From the NCBI GenBank assembly GCA_028289095.1, contig JAQGGY010000020.1, positions 1 to 50,460 of the forward strand: 50,460 bases of DNA. The letters are read 5' to 3'. Origin of the DNA: Candidatus Saccharimonadota bacterium (lineage in GTDB: Bacteria; Patescibacteriota; Saccharimonadia; Saccharimonadales; Saccharimonadaceae). Numbering within the stretch: position 1 is the first letter of the stretch; the number at the start of each line of letters is the position of its first letter. The position numbers and the translations under genes were made by a program. This document shows, one piece after another, positions 44,499 through 50,460 of the stretch. The notes beneath the pieces were generated by a model. That model saw only the letters and a list, made by a program, of their open reading frames with translations. It was not told the origin of the DNA and did no database searches.

Positions 44499-44869
44499 TA
44501 TAATCCCGTTTGGCGGTTCATATATTTGATCATATCTTCGGTAGACATCATCATGCGTGAATTAAGGTCAAACATAATCCATAACGATCCGGCAACAATT
44601 ATGATTAGAATAATAAGTGCGAATATAAAACTTAGTAATTTCCATCTAGGATTTGTTTCATTACCTAGGTGTAGAAAGAATATAAGCTGTACGATCAACT
44701 GGATGCTCGCAAGTATTGATAGGATGAGGATAATAGCCATCGGAGACCAGAAATCTTTGAATACATCATGCACGACGATTGCATAGGCTAACAATGTCAA
44801 AATAATTGATAGTATAAATCCTATCGAATATGATATGACGCTGCGCGTTATTGTGCTGTTACGAATCAT
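44498..44869 (-). CDS. cyoD: Cytochrome o/quinol oxidase subunit IV
   Basis: 123 aa with three TM helices. Assigned from its position between subunit III and cyoE. FFLHLG.E motif. Confidence 0.8.
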   Translation of the reverse strand: MIRNSTITRSVISYSIGFILSIILTLLAYAIVVHDVFKDFWSPMAIILILSILASIQLIVQLIFFLHLGNETNPRWKLLSFIFALIILIIIVAGSLWIMFDLNSRMMMSTEDMIKYMNRQTGL

Positions 44870-44871
44870 GA

Positions 44872-45471
44872 CTATAATACCCCCATCAAATAAACAAATG
44901 TAAATATGAATATCCAGATAATATCAAGGAAGTGCCAGAACATGCTGAATAGGTTAAACCGTCGGACGGTAGGTGCTGTCAGTCCATGTTTGAATAGCTT
45001 CCATCCCATTACAAGCAGCCACAGTAATCCAATCGTGATGTGTAGTCCATGCGTGCCGACTAGCGTAAAGAATGCAGACAAGAATCCACTCCGCTGCCAA
45101 CTATAGCCTTCAGATATCAATAGATTAAATTCAGTAAGCTCCATAATCAGGAAGGCTAGGCCAAGAAGAAATGTAAATCCGAGCCAAAAAAGCGAAAACT
45201 TCTTGCTGCGTTGACGCATTGCAATCATCGCTAGTCCGCAGGTAAAACTACTAGTTAATAGCAATAATGTTTCGACCAAAACAGCAGGCATTTCGAATAT
45301 GTCGTTGCCACTAGGTCCGCCGAATGTATTGTTATGCAAAACAATATATGTTGCGAATAGGCTGCCAAATAATATACAGTCGGTCATTAGGTAAATCCAA
45401 AAACCTAGTTGGGATTTATCGTCAGACGCATGTTTCTGGGTTGCTGCGGTGTCTAATCGAGTAGTTGTCAT
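44872..45471 (-). CDS. cyoC: Cytochrome o/quinol oxidase subunit III
   Basis: 199 aa. GFWIYLM.DC.LF..LFATY, GTHGLH...G and FWHF.DIIWIF are subunit III blocks. 4-nt overlap with cyoB. Confidence 0.9.
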   Translation of the reverse strand: MTTTRLDTAATQKHASDDKSQLGFWIYLMTDCILFGSLFATYIVLHNNTFGGPSGNDIFEMPAVLVETLLLLTSSFTCGLAMIAMRQRSKKFSLFWLGFTFLLGLAFLIMELTEFNLLISEGYSWQRSGFLSAFFTLVGTHGLHITIGLLWLLVMGWKLFKHGLTAPTVRRFNLFSMFWHFLDIIWIFIFTFVYLMGVL

Positions 45472-47453
45472 ACGGGTTGTCCTTTGCTGTGAATGGCCTG
45501 GTCAAGTTTTGCTAGCTCTACGGCAGATATTGTGTATTCTGTGTTGTCATCAGTCAGGCGGATAATCGTCATGACGATTGCACCGATAACGCCTATGGTT
45601 GCCAGCCATGGTATATGCCATACGGCAGCAAAGCCAACTAAAAAGCTAAATCCTGCAATAATTATGCCAGCACCAGTGTTCTTTGGCATGTGGATGTCTG
45701 TATATTTAACCGGCCGAGTCGTTTTGCCCGCTTGTTTATCTTCCCAGAACGGATCGCGTTCGGTAACCGTAGGCATGACAGCGTAGTTATAAAATGGCGC
45801 TGGTGATGGCGTGGACCATTCTAGCGTGCGTCCGTTCCATGGATCGCCTGTAGTATCCAAGTTTTGTTTGCGGCGCCTGATACTGATAAATAATTGCAGT
45901 AGTTGGCACACGATTCCCAGGCCGATAATCATTACACCTACGCCAGCAATAATAAATAGTGTTTGCCAGCCGGTATCTTCGTAGTGGTCTAAGCGACGCG
46001 TGGCGCCCATTAGGCCTAGGATGAAAAGCGGACCAAATGCCACTACGAAACCAATACTCCACAGCCAGGCGGCAGTTTTGCCTAGTCCTTCATGTAGTGT
46101 GAAGCCGAATACTTTCGGGAACCAGTAGGTGAGTCCGGCAAAGAAGCCGAATACAACGCCGCTAATAATCATTGTATGGAAGTGAGCTACTAAGAACAAA
46201 CTGTTATGTACCTGGTAATCGATGCCAGGTACGGCTAGCATAACACCAGTCATGCCGCCTAATGTGAATAAAAACACAAAGCCCATAAACCATATCATTG
46301 GCGAATTGAATTTAATGCGTCCGCGGAACATCGTAAACAACCAGTTAAATATTTTAACACCTGTCGGAATACCGATAATCATCGTCATAATACCAAAGAA
46401 CGCGTTCACACTGGCTCCTGCACCCATCGTAAAAAAGTGGTGTAGCCATACAATGAATGAAAGGAAGGCGATTGCCGACATGGCATAAATCATTGATTTG
46501 TAGCCGAATAATCGTTTACGCGAGAATGTCGCTACTACCTCAGAAAAAATACCAAATGCAGGTATGACGAGGATGTATACTTCGGGATGTCCCCATGCCC
46601 AGATTAAATTGACGTACATCATCATATTGCCGCCACCATCCGCCGTAAAAAAGTGCATGCCCATTGTACGATCTAGATACAGTAACGTTAAAGTGACGGT
46701 CAGAATAGGGAAGGCAAAGATGACCATGATCATAGAGATCAAGACAGACCATGAAAAGACGGGCATTTTCATGAGGGTCATACCAGGGGCGCGCATTTTA
46801 AGGATAGTTACGATAAAGTTAATGCCCGATAGTAAACTACCTATACCAGAAAGTTGCAAGCTCCATATCCAGTAATCGACGCCGACCCCTGGACTATATT
46901 GAATTTCTGATAGCGGTGGATATGCCAACCAGCCCGCAGCCGAGAATTCACCTAGCACCATTGGCAAGTTAATAATAATCATGCCGGCAAAGAACAGCCA
47001 GAAACTCACCGAGTTGAGGAACGGATACGCGACGTCACGGGCACCTAATTGAAGCGGTACGACCAAGTTTATTATGCCGAACATCAGGCCCATCGCGACA
47101 AAGAAAATCATGATTGTACCGTGTGCAGAAAAGACTTGTTGGAAAGTGTCGGCGGTGAAAAGGCCATTCGATTCCCCGACTGAGAGGGCTTGCTGCAGGC
47201 GCATCATAATAACATCCGCGAATCCGCGCAACATCATAAATACGGCAACAATAATGTACATGATGCCAATTTTTTTAGGATCGAGTGATGTAATCCACTC
47301 TTTCCACAGCCATGTCCAACGTTTTAAATACGTAATCAGCGCTACTAGGCTGAGCGCGCCTAGGGTCATGCCGATACCTGCGCCTAATGTGACCATTTCT
47401 TGTGGCAAGGCGTCGGGACCAAGTTTACCTAATATATTTGCGAATAAATTCAT
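45468..47453 (-). CDS. cyoB: Cytochrome o/quinol oxidase subunit I (heme-copper oxidase catalytic subunit)
   Basis: 661 aa. [28 protein letters not shown] and VAHFH are all heme/CuB ligand contexts. Confidence 0.97.
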   Translation of the reverse strand: MNLFANILGKLGPDALPQEMVTLGAGIGMTLGALSLVALITYLKRWTWLWKEWITSLDPKKIGIMYIIVAVFMMLRGFADVIMMRLQQALSVGESNGLFTADTFQQVFSAHGTIMIFFVAMGLMFGIINLVVPLQLGARDVAYPFLNSVSFWLFFAGMIIINLPMVLGEFSAAGWLAYPPLSEIQYSPGVGVDYWIWSLQLSGIGSLLSGINFIVTILKMRAPGMTLMKMPVFSWSVLISMIMVIFAFPILTVTLTLLYLDRTMGMHFFTADGGGNMMMYVNLIWAWGHPEVYILVIPAFGIFSEVVATFSRKRLFGYKSMIYAMSAIAFLSFIVWLHHFFTMGAGASVNAFFGIMTMIIGIPTGVKIFNWLFTMFRGRIKFNSPMIWFMGFVFLFTLGGMTGVMLAVPGIDYQVHNSLFLVAHFHTMIISGVVFGFFAGLTYWFPKVFGFTLHEGLGKTAAWLWSIGFVVAFGPLFILGLMGATRRLDHYEDTGWQTLFIIAGVGVMIIGLGIVCQLLQLFISIRRRKQNLDTTGDPWNGRTLEWSTPSPAPFYNYAVMPTVTERDPFWEDKQAGKTTRPVKYTDIHMPKNTGAGIIIAGFSFLVGFAAVWHIPWLATIGVIGAIVMTIIRLTDDNTEYTISAVELAKLDQAIHSKGQPV

Positions 47454-48395
47454 TTAGTGGCCTTCCGTATGTGAGTGATCGGTGTGCGCATCACGTGATA
47501 CATTTTGTTCTGTAGAAGATTCGTGCGGCATCATATATTGCATTAATATCGTATCATAAAGATCATCCGCAGTCGCCGAGTAGTACGTGACAGGAGCGTC
47601 TTTGCTTGGCTTTGCAAGTGCTGTGTATTCTGCGTTAGTAAGGTGTTCAGGTGAAGCTTTGACGACATTTACCCACGCATTAAATTCTTCTTTTGACGAT
47701 GCTCTCGCGATGAATTTCATACCCGAAAAACCTTCCCCGCTAATATTGGCGGACGAGCCTTTGTAGTCGCCTTTTTCAGTTGCATTCAAATGCAGTTTTG
47801 TTGTCATGCCGGCCATGGCATAAATTTGTCCGCCAAGTTGTGGAATCCAGAAAGAGTTCATTGGCGCATCAGCAGTGATTACAAAATTAATCGGCGTGTC
47901 GACGGGAATCTGTACTAAATTTACTGATGCTATTTTTTGTTCTGGATAAATAAATAACCACTTCCAGTCCAATGCCACGACCTGAATAGTAATAGGTTTT
48001 ACGTCAGAAGCTAATGGCTTATGTGGGTCTAGGTCGTAGGTGCTTGTCCAAGTGACGACGGATAGAATAGCGATCAAAAGTATAGGTATACCCCACCAAA
48101 TAGTTTCTGCAATGCGGTTGCCGCTGACGTTTGGCGTGTACTTTGCTTTTGTATTACCTTCGCGGTAACGCCAGGCAATAGTAATTGCTAATATGAACAC
48201 TGGTATGACAATGACGAATCCAAGGAGGGTGGTAAAGACAAGTAAATTGTATTCTTTTTCGGCAATGAGTCCTTTTGGATTCAGAATATCGATATGTAAT
48301 GTGCTGATATACCAGCAGGTGACACTAATAAGTGTGGCCGCTAAAAGAGCGATAAGTAGTAAGCGTACTTTAGTATTCATTTTTAGTTTTCGCAT
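47454..48395 (-). CDS. cyoA: Quinol oxidase subunit II (no CuA ligand set)
   Basis: NSFWIPQLGGQIYAMAGMTTKLHL and SGEGFSGMKF match the CyoA/QoxA pattern in place of the CuA C-x3-C-x3-H site. N-terminal lipoprotein-like anchor. The start is 48395 or 48380. Confidence 0.9.
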   Translation of the reverse strand: MRKLKMNTKVRLLLIALLAATLISVTCWYISTLHIDILNPKGLIAEKEYNLLVFTTLLGFVIVIPVFILAITIAWRYREGNTKAKYTPNVSGNRIAETIWWGIPILLIAILSVVTWTSTYDLDPHKPLASDVKPITIQVVALDWKWLFIYPEQKIASVNLVQIPVDTPINFVITADAPMNSFWIPQLGGQIYAMAGMTTKLHLNATEKGDYKGSSANISGEGFSGMKFIARASSKEEFNAWVNVVKASPEHLTNAEYTALAKPSKDAPVTYYSATADDLYDTILMQYMMPHESSTEQNVSRDAHTDHSHTEGH

Positions 48396-48561
48396 AGTGC
48401 ATCTATTCTACCACAAGCACCTTAAAGAACAATTATATTACAGAATGATTGTTGGTATAGGTCAAGCATAGTATAATGAGTAGTATGTTGGGAGGCCTCT
48501 CAATCGTACATGATTGTCAATTAGCTCTTGTACATCTACCCCAAAAAGGAGTTGAAATCGC

Positions 48562-48924
48562 ATGGGAACACTACTGTGGAATCTGGTATTATGCATGTTC
48601 GTTGCATCGATGCCGACACTATTGTTATGTTATACGGCGGCGTTTGTTCGGCAATACGAATCATTCGCAAATGCGATGCCACTTGTGTTGTTAAATGTAT
48701 TATTTGCGCTGTCGATTATATCGATTGTGCATGACATGCGAGTATCGACACTTACCGTATGGGCGATAGTGGGGTATATGACAGCAGGCGTTGTTCTTGC
48801 TTTAATCGTCAGTGGAGTGTTAGCTATACGGGCGTGGAAGCAGTTGCAGATTCGTACGCGACACCTGCTGATGAAATTCCGCGAAGAAGAACCAACCTTG
48901 TCCCAATCATTCCTTCCATACTAA
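48562..48924 (+). CDS. Small membrane protein, unknown function
   Basis: 120 aa with 3-4 TM helices. AGGAG lies 10 nt upstream. A TTGTTG-17-TATAAT promoter is at 48448-48476. Confidence 0.45.
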   Translation: MGTLLWNLVLCMFVASMPTLLLCYTAAFVRQYESFANAMPLVLLNVLFALSIISIVHDMRVSTLTVWAIVGYMTAGVVLALIVSGVLAIRAWKQLQIRTRHLLMKFREEEPTLSQSFLPY

Positions 48925-49003
48925 CACTCCGCGTATCCGCATCGAGCTGTAAGCTCTGCGTCAATACGCGGAGCTTACTTTTTGTCTGCTATAATCTAAG
49001 GCA

Positions 49004-49681
49004 ATGAAAACAACAACACCGACGCACATTCATAAGATTTTTAAAAAGACACATGACCCCATCTGGCAGTTGCAGTTTGGTGTCGTGGCGATTATGGTGT
49101 TGCAGTATTTTACAAACAGTTCGTTCCTACCGTACGACAAGCATATTATTATTGGGTTCGAGGCTATCGTGTTATTTGCGCTGGCTATCGTTACTAGTGA
49201 CGGATATCATCGAGTGTCAAAGACACGTCGACTGTTAGCGATGGCATTAGTGACAATCGTTGCGGCAATTAATATATTCTCGCTCATATTCTTAGTACAG
49301 GCACTTTTATTTGGTGACACTAGTAGTATAGATAGGCATGATCTATTGCTGAACGGTATGACGATTTATATTACGAATATCTTTATGTTTGCACTGCTGT
49401 ATTGGGAAATGGACGGTGGTGGCCCAGACCGTCGCGTAGGGAATGAACGGGAACGTGATTTTATTTTTCCTCAGATGATTCATAAAGGAATCGCCAAACC
49501 TGATTGGTTACCTGGTTTTACTGATTATCTATATTTGTCGACGACAAATGTCACAAACTTTGCATCAGCCGACACGGTGCCTATTTCTCATCGTGCAAAG
49601 TTATTAATGATGATCCAGGCATTGGTTTCAGTTGTCGCTGTGGTGCTAGTGGCGGCGCGAACGATCGGTATATTACAGTAG
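49004..49681 (+). CDS. Membrane protein, DUF1345-like
   Basis: 225 aa with multiple TM helices. FTDYLYLSTTNVTNFASAD..P.S.R.K loosely matches my recollection of DUF1345. Confidence 0.45.
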   Translation: MKTTTPTHIHKIFKKTHDPIWQLQFGVVAIMVLQYFTNSSFLPYDKHIIIGFEAIVLFALAIVTSDGYHRVSKTRRLLAMALVTIVAAINIFSLIFLVQALLFGDTSSIDRHDLLLNGMTIYITNIFMFALLYWEMDGGGPDRRVGNERERDFIFPQMIHKGIAKPDWLPGFTDYLYLSTTNVTNFASADTVPISHRAKLLMMIQALVSVVAVVLVAARTIGILQ

Positions 49682-49777
49682 TATCGCGTTGTAAAAGACA
49701 CTCATTTTTCACATCTTTTCACGTTCTATACTGATTATGTAAGCGGCTCTAATAAATGCTTACAAAGGGGGTCTGTA

Positions 49778-50143
49778 ATGCACATATCAACTAAAACTCT
49801 GGCAACGTTAGCAGTCGTTACCGCCGTGGCAGCAACCGTACCTGGCATCAGCCGGGTACCCGGAAGTAAACGCCGCTACGAGTCTCAGTTTGATCGGTTA
49901 CTACAGCGACATGATCGGAAAGCTGAACTGCGAGCGAATGTTCTAGGGATCCATCCGTTAGAATTCCGCAATATGCAAAAGAAATTATCATTTGATGAGA
50001 TTGCTCGTCGTCGGGGATTTTCGGACAAGCGGGCATTTCGCATGGCATTGTTGGGAAAGCTAAAGAACGAACTACGCCTGAGGGGCTGGACACCACGTCG
50101 TATCGATCACTACATGACAACGCGAAGCGGCCGAATGGGGTAG
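49778..50143 (+). CDS. Hypothetical secreted Arg-rich protein
   Basis: 121 aa. Signal-like LATLAVVTAVAATVPG, then a highly basic helical sequence. GGGGG RBS. Confidence 0.4.
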   Translation: MHISTKTLATLAVVTAVAATVPGISRVPGSKRRYESQFDRLLQRHDRKAELRANVLGIHPLEFRNMQKKLSFDEIARRRGFSDKRAFRMALLGKLKNELRLRGWTPRRIDHYMTTRSGRMG

Positions 50144-50177
50144 TGTCATCAGCCCTGGTCCGTAGTATACTGAGCGC

Positions 50178-50460
50178 ATGACAACACAGACACTTATCGC
50201 ACTGATCGCTGATGGCGCCGTTATCCCTATTATTTTGATTGCAGGATATGCGTTACTATTTTTGATACCAAAAGGACATCGTTTTGAAGCGTATGCTCGC
50301 ATATTGATGGCAGGTATTACTGCATATTTGCTGGCGAAATTACTAGCGAGCGTCTATCAGCCGACGTTGCAACGACCATTCGAACTGATGGGTGTAGAAC
50401 CTGGCGCATCGTATTTGCCAAATGCCGGCTTTCCATCCGATCACGCGTTATTTACGGGCT
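50178..50460 (+). CDS. PAP2-family phosphatase (5' partial, runs off the window)
   Basis: The ORF is open to the window end. It has TM helices, and the FPSDHA motif (PSGH-type PAP2 C2 motif) appears in the last 10 codons. Confidence 0.5.
   Translation, partial: MTTQTLIALIADGAVIPIILIAGYALLFLIPKGHRFEAYARILMAGITAYLLAKLLASVYQPTLQRPFELMGVEPGASYLPNAGFPSDHALFTG

Noticed and set aside
49778-50143. A second compositionally foreign gene
   Set aside because: Hand-counted lines range from 45% to 63% GC, averaging about 52%. The gene encodes an Arg-rich protein, so the modest elevation is explained by amino-acid composition. It is not comparable to the sharp jump at 24271-24837.

Overview
This is a 50.5-kb, gene-dense chromosomal window from a low-GC bacterium; hand-sampled 60-nt lines are mostly about 40-50% G+C. 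It uses the standard genetic code, and strong AGGAG-type ribosome-binding sites are common.

Housekeeping genes: eno, gpmA, murF, leuS, rpmF, nusB, a Nudix gene, rnc, rpsP, a KH/ylqC-like gene, trmD and tRNA-Gln(CUG). They are interleaved with many small membrane or secreted hypothetical proteins.

Recognisable modules:
- A csoR-DUF305-copB copper module with a textbook operator.
- An accessory patch of three VOC/glyoxalase genes, a C39-like peptidase, an alpha/beta hydrolase and a gutted SDR pseudogene.
- A DUF2975 + HTH gene pair.
- A CDP-alcohol phosphatidyltransferase convergent with a CarS-like (CDP-archaeol synthase family) gene.
- A complete cyoABCDE quinol oxidase operon followed by pgl-gnd.
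- A secreted GH46 chitosanase and a GH10 xylanase.
- A CRP-type regulator.
- An actinobacterial-type Mpa/ARC AAA+ ATPase ending in GQYL.

I saw no rRNA, CRISPR array, transposase or integrase. The gene content and style resemble a reduced Saccharibacteria/CPR-like genome, but that is inference only.

Most notable observations:
1. A roughly 62% GC ORF of unknown function is inserted antisense into the rpsP-KH-trmD cluster and is bracketed by an 11-bp perfect inverted repeat.
2. There are two perfect TGTGA-N6-TCACA boxes. One lies upstream of that foreign gene. The other lies between the Crp gene and a small divergent ORF. The Crp recognition helix carries the RE..R motif that reads this box.
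3. The Mpa is an orphan, with no dop, pup or prcBA nearby.
4. Several genes have an actinobacterial flavour.
5. tRNA-Gln is flanked by fragments of itself.
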